Shown: in pieces, positions 1-8,459 of the stretch
How the letters are laid out: every line of letters starts with the position of its first letter
Numbering within the stretch: position 1 is the first letter of the stretch
IMG/VR virus record: IMGVR_UViG_3300028025_005807
Coordinates: 1 to 29,402 of that record
Source of the DNA: a virus
Taxonomy: Duplodnaviria > Caudoviricetes
Length of the DNA stretch: 29,402 nt
Strand: one strand, 5' to 3'
Notes under the pieces: generated by a model
The model's database searches: none
What the model saw: the letters and a program-made list of their open reading frames with translations, nothing else
What the model was told of the DNA's origin: nothing
Position numbers and translations under genes: made by a program

Positions 1-9
1 GGAGAATGG

Positions 10-231
10 ATGGGCTTAAAAAACGGAATTAAAATTGGCGATATTGTTATTTGTATCAGTGAGCCAGATATGCCAGATTTTGTTGGATCTAAGTGGATAG
101 TCATGGATATATCTTCTGGAAAACAGCTTTACTATTGCACAAATAAATTATTATACTGGGAATCCGAAGGATTTCCATTTAAACCTAGTGAAATTATACT
201 TTCATCATCGCTAATGGAGGAATTATTATGA
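10..231 (+). CDS. Small KOW/SH3-like protein with C-terminal SSLMEELL tail (tail family 1)
   Basis: N-terminal IKIGDIV; ends SSLMEELL; stop overlaps next ATG (ATGA). Confidence 0.7.
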   Translation: MGLKNGIKIGDIVICISEPDMPDFVGSKWIVMDISSGKQLYYCTNKLLYWESEGFPFKPSEIILSSSLMEELL

Positions 232-557
232 CTGACTTAGAAAAAAAGTCAAAGAAAGAACTTGTGGATATTATTCTACAGCTCAAAACTAAGCTTGGAG
301 AAATGCAGGGAGTTGAAGCCAAACAAGATGCTTTAGAACAAAGTTTACCCGGTATTGGATTTTCTGTAATCCAAGATAGAGATGATCGATTTAAACTTTT
401 AGAAATTGCGTTTGACTTTGATTCAAAAGCTGCTACAATAAATAAAGTAGAGGAAGTGACTACTAACGGTTATGAATATGCTTTATACGAAGCTAAAAAG
501 TTCTTAATCGAAAGAGTTATGAATAAGAATAACTTAAACCATTTAAAGGAGAATTAA
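228..557 (+). CDS. Hypothetical phage protein
   Basis: 109-aa ORF with GGAGG upstream, operon-packed. Confidence 0.7.
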   Translation: MTDLEKKSKKELVDIILQLKTKLGEMQGVEAKQDALEQSLPGIGFSVIQDRDDRFKLLEIAFDFDSKAATINKVEEVTTNGYEYALYEAKKFLIERVMNKNNLNHLKEN

Positions 558-558
558 A

Positions 559-813
559 ATGGACAAAGAATTTTCAAAACGTCTTAAAAAACTAGTTCCA
601 GAGAACGGAGGATTTGATCTAAGTTTTAATCTATCAAATTCTGGTCAAGCAGGTAAAGTAGCTTCAACTCTTAACTTGACTATTTTTGGACCTGGTGTTG
701 AAGGTAAAGGTAATATTATTACAAAGAAAGTATCTATTCCAGCTATTGCCGCTACTATCGAAGAAGCTAACAGAGCTGCTTTAGAAGATACTCTAAGTCT
801 ATTGGGGGTATAA
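559..813 (+). CDS. Hypothetical protein
   Basis: 84-aa ORF with AAGGAG SD. Confidence 0.7.
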   Translation: MDKEFSKRLKKLVPENGGFDLSFNLSNSGQAGKVASTLNLTIFGPGVEGKGNIITKKVSIPAIAATIEEANRAALEDTLSLLGV

Positions 814-1413
814 ATGTCAGGATTAATTTATAAGAAAATGTCCGAAGTTATGCGAGACATTGGTTCAGTTGGAAAAGATCAAAAAAATCAAGCTCAAGGA
901 TTCAAGTTCCGAGGAATTGATCAGTTTGTGAACTCCCTTTATCCAGCTCTTACAAAACATGGAGTTTTTATGGCTCCTCGTTGTGTTAGTGAGCAGCACG
1001 AGCTAAAGGAAGTCACTAGAGGTTCTGGAAAGGCTGGAGTTGATAAGCATGTGACAATTCTAATGGAGTATGATTTTTTTGCTGAAGATGGTTCTAAAGT
1101 AACAGTTGGACCAATTCCAGCAGAGGGATTAGATTCTGGAGATAAGGCTACTAATAAAGCTTTGTCTGCTGCTTTAAAGTATGCACTTATTCAAACTTTT
1201 GCTATCCCAACAGAAGACATGGCTGAGGCTGATCTGGAAAGTCCTGAAATTGGAAGACGCTCTTCTAATATTACTATTTCAACAGCTCCAGTAAATAATA
1301 TTGACAAGCTAGAAGAAGTTATTGTAGAATCAACTCCAGCGGCTAGTCGTGGATCATTTAGAAAAAATAGTGCTAAACAAGCTACTACGTCAATCCCATC
1401 AGGAGACTTATAA
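814..1413 (+). CDS. erf: ERF-family ssDNA annealing (recombination) protein
   Basis: FKFRGID...HGV and DSGDKATNKALSAALKYALIQTFAIPTED match ERF superfamily motifs. Confidence 0.88.
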   Translation: MSGLIYKKMSEVMRDIGSVGKDQKNQAQGFKFRGIDQFVNSLYPALTKHGVFMAPRCVSEQHELKEVTRGSGKAGVDKHVTILMEYDFFAEDGSKVTVGPIPAEGLDSGDKATNKALSAALKYALIQTFAIPTEDMAEADLESPEIGRRSSNITISTAPVNNIDKLEEVIVESTPAASRGSFRKNSAKQATTSIPSGDL

Positions 1414-1769
1414 TGGAAAATGCAGGACGAGTTGTATCTAAAGCAGAAGTAACAGAGACATTAGTTAGGAATATTCTTTCAGATCAAGAAGAGTTTAGGA
1501 ATGCTAGATCGATTCTTCGTCACGGTCAAAAAGATAGACTTATGGAAGCCATGGCAGCTTATCCATTATTGGATGAAACTTTTGACACCTCAGAACCAGA
1601 GCTTAGAAGTGCTTTAACAATCTGGAAAAGAATTTCAGACAGTCTAGTAGCATTGGGAACTGAAGCAGCTATTGAAGGAATTATTAACGGATTTGCTAAC
1701 AATCAACAACAAAACGAAGCTAACGGCTTAACTAATGGAGGAACAAATGGCGAAAGCACAGAAGGGTAA
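1413..1769 (+). CDS. Hypothetical protein
   Basis: 118-aa ORF, GGAG SD, TAATG overlap with erf. Confidence 0.7.
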   Translation: MENAGRVVSKAEVTETLVRNILSDQEEFRNARSILRHGQKDRLMEAMAAYPLLDETFDTSEPELRSALTIWKRISDSLVALGTEAAIEGIINGFANNQQQNEANGLTNGGTNGESTEG

Positions 1770-2088
1770 GTATGCTACTGTAGGAAGTATTATTCTACAA
1801 TCTCAGTTTGATGAGGAAGGTAATCGTCTTGATGGAGAATACAAGACAGATGAAAAAGGTCGTAAACTGTACGCTCTTAGACTTGATAAGAACACAGAAG
1901 TTATTATCAACGGAGTTAACATGACCGGAAAGACTCTCTACGTTTCTCGTCCAGACACTAAGCTTGCAAGACTTCTTGACAAAGGTGTTATTGACAAGAA
2001 AGAGTTTGAGAAAAAAGTCGCTGACTTTGGTCCGGGTGGACGACTTGAGTTTGTGCAGATGGAAATTACCGCTGATCTAGAGAAATAA
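1747..2088 (+). CDS. Hypothetical beta-rich protein; possibly ssDNA-binding by context
   Basis: Start moved to ATG 1747, which follows GGAGG; near erf; followed by a terminator. SSB role is inference only. Confidence 0.55.
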   Translation: MAKAQKGKYATVGSIILQSQFDEEGNRLDGEYKTDEKGRKLYALRLDKNTEVIINGVNMTGKTLYVSRPDTKLARLLDKGVIDKKEFEKKVADFGPGGRLEFVQMEITADLEK

Positions 2089-2092
2089 AAAG

Positions 2093-2118
2093 GGGGCTGA
2101 AAAGCCCCTTTCTTCTTT
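2093..2118 (+). terminator. Rho-independent terminator, possibly bidirectional
   Basis: GGGGCT-GAAA-AGCCCC hairpin followed by TTTCTTCTTT and preceded by an A-run. Confidence 0.85.
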
Positions 2119-2127
2119 GGAGTTTAT

Positions 2128-2364
2128 ATGGATTTTAAGATCGGAGATGTTGTTATTTGTAGAGAGCCTACGTACGAAGGTCTTGGAAAGATATATGACA
2201 TAGAGACGTATGATCATGAAACTAATTTTTATAACGTTCTAGTTGTTTTTAATGAACACGTATATATAAATTCAAAAACAGCTAGTGATTGGATTGATAG
2301 TTATGTTTGGACTAATACCACTTACTTATCTCAAGCCTCAAGTTTAGAAAGGGAATTATTTTGA
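2128..2364 (+). CDS. Small KOW/SH3-like protein with SSLERELF tail (tail family 2)
   Basis: MDFKIGDVV start; ends ASSLERELF; TTGA overlap with next gene. Confidence 0.75.
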   Translation: MDFKIGDVVICREPTYEGLGKIYDIETYDHETNFYNVLVVFNEHVYINSKTASDWIDSYVWTNTTYLSQASSLERELF

Positions 2365-2585
2365 AATTTAAGATAGGGCAGTACAGACAAGCTCATGAAA
2401 AGTATGTGCAAGAAAGATACTTAAATGATGGTATTGATTCTTTAGCTTTGTACTCCGCTGTTGGTTTTTGTCCAATTTTGGCAGTGTATTGGTTTTGTAG
2501 AGAGATAGATTCTGATAATAAAGAATTGACGAGAAGAATCGAAGGTGTTAAGCTATTCTACGGAATCACCGAGGTTGAGGAATGA
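2361..2585 (+). CDS. Hypothetical protein
   Basis: TTG start coupled to upstream stop; begins KFKIG. Confidence 0.65.
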   Translation: MKFKIGQYRQAHEKYVQERYLNDGIDSLALYSAVGFCPILAVYWFCREIDSDNKELTRRIEGVKLFYGITEVEE

Positions 2586-2800
2586 ACGTTGGAAGATATG
2601 TAATAATAAAACCTTCCTACTGGACTGCCGACGGAGCTACTGTGATAGTAATTACCACTATAGATGAATTGCTGGGAGAGGCTTATTATTTTTACGAAAA
2701 CAGTCCTGAAAAAAATCCAATTATAAGACATCGCGCTATAGAAGACTTTGATCATGTGGAATTAGTTCCTGCGAGTAGTTTAATTTTAGAATTAATATAG
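2582..2800 (+). CDS. Small protein with SSLILELI tail (tail family 3)
   Basis: MNVGRYV start; ends ASSLILELI-TAG. Confidence 0.7.
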   Translation: MNVGRYVIIKPSYWTADGATVIVITTIDELLGEAYYFYENSPEKNPIIRHRAIEDFDHVELVPASSLILELI

Positions 2801-2810
2801 GAGAGAGGTC

Positions 2811-3818
2811 ATGATGACAAATTTTAATGAGAAGAGAAAGCAACAAATGGGAGTTAGAAGCTTGGCTGATCTTAAGAGATCTGGCAAAGTAACTGGCGGA
2901 TTAAATACAAAGCTTTTTGTCAACGGACCAAAAGAGTTCGATTGCCTTAAGAACCAGTGGAGTAGGCAAGAACTTCTCGGAGTAATTGGAGATTCTGGAG
3001 TTGGTAAGTCAGAAGTTGTTCTTTATTTCTTCAAGGAAATTCTTAAGAATAATCCGGAGTCTTGTGCGGTGTATGTGTCTTTAGAAATGACCGATGAAAA
3101 GATTTCTCAACGCTGGTTTAAGCTGACAGAAGATTGTCCAGAGATTTCGGAAAGGCTCTATGTTATTTCTCGTTACGATGAGTCCGGTAAGTCTAGAGAA
3201 GTTTCTATGGGTTGGATCAAGAAAGAGCTTCTAAAATATCGTGAAGTTATTGGAGACGTTGCTGCATTTGCAATTGACCACATTCACTGCCTTGGAGAGA
3301 ACGATCCATCAACGCTAAACTCTATTATGATCACGCTCAAAGAAATGGCGGTTGAGCTTAATGCTTTTGGTATTCCAATGGCACAGGTAAATAAAGGTGC
3401 GGGACAGAAAGGAGAAGTTCCTCTTGACGCAGATGCAGTTCTTGGATGTTCACAGTATAAGTATATTTGTAGTGATATTATCCAGATTCATAGACCTGTT
3501 CTAAGACTTGAGGAAGAGGCTAAGCTAAGTGTTATGGGGTGGGGTTATTGTAAGATCCGTGAAGCGGATAAAACTGACAAAGTTAAGCGTGGACAAAATA
3601 AACTTTTGGCGTATGATATCGACACTAGAGGGTTTAGAAAAATGACCACGGCAGAATACTCTACTTTTAAAATGTTCTACAATGAGCTTCTAGCTATGAA
3701 GTCTGCTGAAGAAAAGCACAAAGCTCACACATATGATTTAATAAAAGAAGTTGTAAGTCCTAGTGGTAAGGTAGTAGTAGTTGTAGAAAAGTTTAGCGGA
3801 GATAATGGAGACTTATGA
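2811..3818 (+). CDS. dnaB: DnaB-like (SF4) replicative helicase, ATPase domain only
   Basis: Walker A GDSGVGKS, YVSLEM, Walker B FAIDH, LKEMAVELN..MAQVN. Confidence 0.85.
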   Translation: MMTNFNEKRKQQMGVRSLADLKRSGKVTGGLNTKLFVNGPKEFDCLKNQWSRQELLGVIGDSGVGKSEVVLYFFKEILKNNPESCAVYVSLEMTDEKISQRWFKLTEDCPEISERLYVISRYDESGKSREVSMGWIKKELLKYREVIGDVAAFAIDHIHCLGENDPSTLNSIMITLKEMAVELNAFGIPMAQVNKGAGQKGEVPLDADAVLGCSQYKYICSDIIQIHRPVLRLEEEAKLSVMGWGYCKIREADKTDKVKRGQNKLLAYDIDTRGFRKMTTAEYSTFKMFYNELLAMKSAEEKHKAHTYDLIKEVVSPSGKVVVVVEKFSGDNGDL

Positions 3819-4012
3819 GAATAGATGAGCTAGTAATTAATAAGAAATATAAAGTTCCTATTTATTCTGGAAAAATAGTCGTGACTTATATTGGAGTGGT
3901 AGATACTCGTAGGTTACATTTTATTTGCCAAAATCAACGAAATTGGTATTATTCTAGAGTACACGATATACCAGCAGAAGAACTTTCATCCTTAGAGTTA
4001 GAGTTATACTAG
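3815..4012 (+). CDS. Small protein with SSLELELY tail (tail family 4)
   Basis: ATGA overlap with helicase; ends LSSLELELY-TAG. Confidence 0.7.
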   Translation: MRIDELVINKKYKVPIYSGKIVVTYIGVVDTRRLHFICQNQRNWYYSRVHDIPAEELSSLELELY

Positions 4013-4026
4013 ACATTGGAGTTATT

Positions 4027-4878
4027 TTGAAAATTAGTATTTACCCTAAAGTTAATTTTCTTCCAAAAAACAAAGATGATAAAATTCTACAGTCCAAATT
4101 AACCTCCAGTCCTAACCTTCCAGAGATTGTAGAAATACCAAATGATGAAGATTTGATTACCGCTGTGACCTCTTATGGTTGGAGTCCTTGTATATTTTCC
4201 AGTTATAGGAACAACAACAACTTCCTGTCCTGTGACTTTATGAGCTTGGATGTTGATTCTGGACTAACTATAGAAGAAGCTGAGAAGCGAGTGCAGAAAT
4301 TAGAACTTGCTTGCCTGTGTCTTCCAAGTCCTAGCTTCACGCCAGAGTTTCATAAGTTTAGGCTGATATTCCCACTTGCTAAAACAATTCTTATCACAGA
4401 AGATTTTGACGCTACATGGGACTGGCTTCAGCAACAATTCCCTGAACTTGACGCTCAATGCTCTGACTATGCCAGATGGTATGCTCCATCCAAAATGGAG
4501 GCTGGATTTTGGCAGGATGGAAATTTTCTTGTGCCGAAGAAAGCTCCAGAAAAAGAAAAGGTTACGTATAATTTAAAGGAAACTCAAGTCGAAGTTCCAG
4601 AGGAGTTATCGGAGGTAGTAAAGCTACTTTATGGGAAGGAGCGAGATTCGATTCCAGAAGCCGTGGAATTTTTTCTTACTAATGCACACACCGGATTGTC
4701 TGGACTTTGGATAAATTCACTCAATTCTTGCGTTTTTAGCTTGGCACTGTCCGGAGTTGATGATACACTTATCGAAGAAGTTATAGCCAAGGTTTCTCCT
4801 GATTCTTTGGATAAGAAAGATCTATATCAAATTAAAAGGTCTATAAGAGATGGAAAGAAAGCTAGAGAAAGTATGTAA
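4027..4878 (+). CDS. AEP-superfamily primase/primase-polymerase-like protein
   Basis: SLDVD (DxD), SPS...KFRLIFPL, LDAQCSDYAR; lies between helicase and polymerase; TTG start after GGAG. Confidence 0.7.
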   Translation: MKISIYPKVNFLPKNKDDKILQSKLTSSPNLPEIVEIPNDEDLITAVTSYGWSPCIFSSYRNNNNFLSCDFMSLDVDSGLTIEEAEKRVQKLELACLCLPSPSFTPEFHKFRLIFPLAKTILITEDFDATWDWLQQQFPELDAQCSDYARWYAPSKMEAGFWQDGNFLVPKKAPEKEKVTYNLKETQVEVPEELSEVVKLLYGKERDSIPEAVEFFLTNAHTGLSGLWINSLNSCVFSLALSGVDDTLIEEVIAKVSPDSLDKKDLYQIKRSIRDGKKARESM

Positions 4879-5077
4879 GTATAAAAAACAACTGAAAGTT
4901 GGGGAACGCTATTCTTTATCTAACTTAAAAATTTTTGATTATTCATTTATTGTAACAGATATAAACGAATATGAGATTCTTGTCATATATTCAGATGGAA
5001 TGAAGGGAAGAATAACTTATGAACCGTTTATAGTGTATGAATACCCACTGACTTCTTTGGAAAAGGAATTGCTGTGA
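4850..5077 (+). CDS. Small KOW/SH3-like protein with TSLEKELL tail (tail family 5)
   Basis: LKVGERY motif; ends LTSLEKELL; GTGA overlap with next gene. Confidence 0.7.
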   Translation: MERKLEKVCKYKKQLKVGERYSLSNLKIFDYSFIVTDINEYEILVIYSDGMKGRITYEPFIVYEYPLTSLEKELL

Positions 5078-5325
5078 AAGAGGCTTTAATCGACTATAAT
5101 GATATATGCTTTGAAAATTCCACTCTTATGCTGGAAATGGAAACTTTAAGCGATGACGCATTGTTGGACGAATGCAATCACATACTGGCTGGATTTTATA
5201 ATAGTGATTACATGGAAGACATACTTACTAACTATTTTAAATCTGGTAAGATTTCAAAAGAAGATAGAAGAAAAGCAGAGGGGTTATATCTTTTAGCTTA
5301 TGGAGATTTTGGGTGGGAAGTATAA
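5074..5325 (+). CDS. Hypothetical acidic protein
   Basis: GTG start after AAGGA. Confidence 0.65.
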   Translation: MKEALIDYNDICFENSTLMLEMETLSDDALLDECNHILAGFYNSDYMEDILTNYFKSGKISKEDRRKAEGLYLLAYGDFGWEV

Positions 5326-5510
5326 AAGTTGGAGATTCTATTATCATAACCGATTGTTCAATTGGTTATTTAGTTGGGGGAATTGGAATTGTTGTAGAGA
5401 TAGATGCTTTTCCAGCTAAAACTATATGGCCATATAAAATTAAATGCAATAATAACATAGCTTGGGCTGATGGTATCCTTCGTAGTTCTTTAATAGAGGA
5501 GTTATTTTGA
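5313..5510 (+). CDS. Small KOW/SH3-like protein with SSLIEELF tail (tail family 6)
   Basis: IKVGDSI...GIVVEI; ends RSSLIEELF; TTGA overlap with polymerase start. Confidence 0.72.
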   Translation: MGSIKVGDSIIITDCSIGYLVGGIGIVVEIDAFPAKTIWPYKIKCNNNIAWADGILRSSLIEELF

Positions 5511-7798
5511 AAAATTATAAACTTATAACTGAACAAAATATGCCCCAACTCCTATCTGAAATAAACTCTTACGACATCATTGCTTATGACACTGAAACTA
5601 CCGGATTAAATGTTCGTAAGGATAAAGTTATTGGATTCTCAGTTTCTTGTATTGAAGGATCTGGATGGTACTTGCCACTGCATGTCTGGGATAAGGAAAC
5701 TCAAGAGCTTATGCCTCAAAACTGGGAGCTGTCTGTTGCAACGGACATTCTATCCAGACTTAGCTTAAAGAAGCTTATAATGCATAACGCAAGCTTTGAT
5801 GTTAGGTTTACTGCTAATAGTCTGGGAATAAGCCTTATCTCAGCTTTACATGCCGATACTCAACTTATGAAGCATACATTGCATGAGGAAGGTCCGTTCG
5901 CTCTTAAAGAAAATGCTGTCATTTATGCTAAAGAGATTGGACTAGACTCTCAAGACGCTGCTAATCAAGAGCAGCTTGATCTTGAGCAAAATGTAAAGGC
6001 TAACGGTGGACGCTGGGTTAAAGAACAAAAAGATATGTATAAGGCTGATTTGGAGGTTTTATCCAAGTACGCTATTGCCGACACTGATATTACCTTGCGC
6101 CTATTCAACTACTTTGAAACTCAGCTTATTGAACAAGATTTGCACACACTTTTCTATGAAGACGAGGTAATGCCTTTGTATAAGCTTGTGACGATAAAAA
6201 TGGAGCATAGGGGTGTTCATCTCGACATGCCTAAGCTTGAGCAGTATCTAAAAGAAATTAGTGATGAGTTGGAGCGTTGTGAAGAGAAAGTTGTAGATGC
6301 AATTATGAAAACTGCGGAGGCTCAAAAATTTGTCAGGAATTTAGTTGATGAAGAATTTCCGGTTAAACCTACGGGAAAGTTTGCACAAAAGTTCTGTGAG
6401 ATACTAGAGTTAAATCTACCTAAACTAGCTAGTGGAAAATATCAGATTAATAAGAAAACTGTAGCTTCTCTAAATACAAGCATTCCAGAGATTTATAACG
6501 CTTATAAGTTCCTTTCAGAAGGAGCTGTTTCTAATTTCCATTCTCTTTTCTGGCAAAATGTTCAAATGGATTGTCTTTATGAAACTCAGGAGTATCCTGT
6601 CAACATTGGATCAAAAGATCAGCTAGGAAAGATTGTGTTTGATTACATGAAGATTGAGCCATTGACCAAGACTCCTAGTGGCAAGGGTCAGTTTAATGAG
6701 GACTTCGTAGAGCATTTAGCTGAGAAGTATGGTTTTGCTTGGGCTAAGGAATTAAGAGTATTTAACAAGCTTACTAAGATTAAATCTAGCTACTACGACA
6801 GATTTATGCAGCAGCAAGAGAATGGAATTTACTACCCATCATTCAAACAACACGCAACAACTTCTGGGAGATATGGCTCGGACCTTCAGCAATTATCAAG
6901 ACCGATGGAAGAGGGTTCTGACGATTCCAGAATTATTTACTTTACTAACACTCTAAGAGCTTTGGTTATACCTAAGTCTGGATATGCTTTTATCGACGAT
7001 GACTATGAATCTCTAGAGCCGCGAGTATTTGCCGACGACGCTGGAGATCAGGCATTAATCGACATTTTCTTAAAAGGTGAAGATTTTTATTCCAAGGTTG
7101 GGATTGGTGCGGAGAAACTTGAAGGTGTTAGTGCTGACAAGAAAGCTGCTAACTTTTTGAAGAATGTTAACCCAATAGCTAGACAAAACGCTAAGGCTTA
7201 CGCGCTAGGTATTAGATATGGTATGAAAGACGTTAAACTGTCTTATACGCTTAATATTTCAAAAGAAGAAGCTCAGACTATTATTGACAACTACTTTGAT
7301 TCCTTTCCAGGACTTAAGCAAGCCATGGATAGTTATTTAACTGAAGTTAAGAGAAACGGCACAGTTACTTCAAAGTTTGGAAGAGTTAGACATTTACCAA
7401 GAGCTAAGGAAATTTATAGAAAGTTTGGAGATTCTATTTTAGATTTTAAAGCCTTACCTAAGTTATGTTTTAAGCACAAACTTCCCATGGATGAGTTAAA
7501 ACTTGTGCGAAAAGAATATAACAATTTACTTAACAACGCTTTAAACTTTCCAATTCAGTCTGCTGCGGCAAGTCTTGTTAATCGCGCAGCAATAGCTATG
7601 TCGCGAGAATTTTTAGCAAATGGATTAGATGCTTGGGTTAGTCTCCAGATCCATGACCAGCTTGTTGTGTCATGTCATAAAGATTGTATTGACAAAGTTA
7701 AGCAAGTGGTGCAAAATTGCATGGAGAATACTAATAAACTGGCTATGCCTTTAATTGCTAAGCCAGAAATAGCATATAACCTTAAGGACGGACATTGA
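5507..7798 (+). CDS. polA: Family A DNA polymerase with 3'-5' exonuclease domain
   Basis: Exo motifs DTETTGL, HNASFD, YAIAD; pol motifs TSGR, DYESLEPR, RQNAKAYALGIRYG, NFPIQS, IHDQ. Confidence 0.95.
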   Translation: MKNYKLITEQNMPQLLSEINSYDIIAYDTETTGLNVRKDKVIGFSVSCIEGSGWYLPLHVWDKETQELMPQNWELSVATDILSRLSLKKLIMHNASFDVRFTANSLGISLISALHADTQLMKHTLHEEGPFALKENAVIYAKEIGLDSQDAANQEQLDLEQNVKANGGRWVKEQKDMYKADLEVLSKYAIADTDITLRLFNYFETQLIEQDLHTLFYEDEVMPLYKLVTIKMEHRGVHLDMPKLEQYLKEISDELERCEEKVVDAIMKTAEAQKFVRNLVDEEFPVKPTGKFAQKFCEILELNLPKLASGKYQINKKTVASLNTSIPEIYNAYKFLSEGAVSNFHSLFWQNVQMDCLYETQEYPVNIGSKDQLGKIVFDYMKIEPLTKTPSGKGQFNEDFVEHLAEKYGFAWAKELRVFNKLTKIKSSYYDRFMQQQENGIYYPSFKQHATTSGRYGSDLQQLSRPMEEGSDDSRIIYFTNTLRALVIPKSGYAFIDDDYESLEPRVFADDAGDQALIDIFLKGEDFYSKVGIGAEKLEGVSADKKAANFLKNVNPIARQNAKAYALGIRYGMKDVKLSYTLNISKEEAQTIIDNYFDSFPGLKQAMDSYLTEVKRNGTVTSKFGRVRHLPRAKEIYRKFGDSILDFKALPKLCFKHKLPMDELKLVRKEYNNLLNNALNFPIQSAAASLVNRAAIAMSREFLANGLDAWVSLQIHDQLVVSCHKDCIDKVKQVVQNCMENTNKLAMPLIAKPEIAYNLKDGH

Positions 7799-7799
7799 T

Positions 7800-8120
7800 A
7801 TGAAATTAAAAATTGGCGATAAAGTAAAAATGACTAAGTATGGGTTTAAATTCCATTCCGACCTTGATATATCTTTTGAAATGAACTCAGTGTGTTCATC
7901 AATGAAACGAGAACATTTTACAAGTGCTGTGTGTGAGCTTTTCGCTATTAATGGAGTTGGTACAGTTAAAAAGTTTAATGAGGAAGGAGAACCTTATGTT
8001 CGGTGGGATTTCAAATTAGGCGGAATTAAGTACCACTACTCACACTACTATGATTTGACTAGTGTTAGAAAATTAAGTTTTTTAGATAGAATTATTTTTA
8101 AAATTAAAGGACTTATATGA
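7800..8120 (+). CDS. Hypothetical KOW/SH3-like protein
   Basis: MKLKIGDKV...GVGTVKK. Confidence 0.65.
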   Translation: MKLKIGDKVKMTKYGFKFHSDLDISFEMNSVCSSMKREHFTSAVCELFAINGVGTVKKFNEEGEPYVRWDFKLGGIKYHYSHYYDLTSVRKLSFLDRIIFKIKGLI

Positions 8121-8278
8121 TTTTTGTTTTAAAACTTGTTGTTGGCTTTATGATTGGTAAAATAATGGCTAAATTAGCTTTAACAGGACAGCTGAGTTTT
8201 GTGGCAGCTTTTGTATTATCAATCCTAACTACTATCCTTATTTGTGGACTTGTTGACAGGCTGGCAAAGAATGGATAA
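8117..8278 (+). CDS. Small membrane protein, 53 aa (not in the ORF track)
   Basis: Read by hand: MIFVLKLVVGFMIG...FVAAFVLSILTTILICGLV; AAGGA SD; ATGA overlap. Confidence 0.6.
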   Translation: MIFVLKLVVGFMIGKIMAKLALTGQLSFVAAFVLSILTTILICGLVDRLAKNG

Positions 8279-8459
8279 AAAAGACTTTTATAAAACCATA
8301 GAAGATTTTTTAAACTGTGACTCAGATCTAAGTTTTTCCAGAGAGTACTTTTGTGACGTAGTTCCCCCAAAAGACTTCTCAGTGCTTCAAAATTTCACAA
8401 CAGAGGAATTGGCTGAAGAACTTTGCAGAAGAACGTCATTGGGCAAGGAATTAAAATGA
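8271..8459 (+). CDS. Small protein with TSLGKELK tail (tail family 7)
   Basis: Likely start ATG 8271 (MDKKDF); ends RTSLGKELK; ATGA overlap with GT9 gene. Confidence 0.65.
   Translation: MDKKDFYKTIEDFLNCDSDLSFSREYFCDVVPPKDFSVLQNFTTEELAEELCRRTSLGKELK

Noticed and set aside
1402-3818. Shared GDL C-terminus of ERF and helicase as a second tag
   Set aside because: Both are encoded by GGAGACTTA, which is the next gene's SD; explained at the nucleotide level and only two cases
8423-8455. Listed upstream start of the GT9 gene
   Set aside because: ATG 8456 has an AAGGA SD and an ATGA overlap, making it the more likely start
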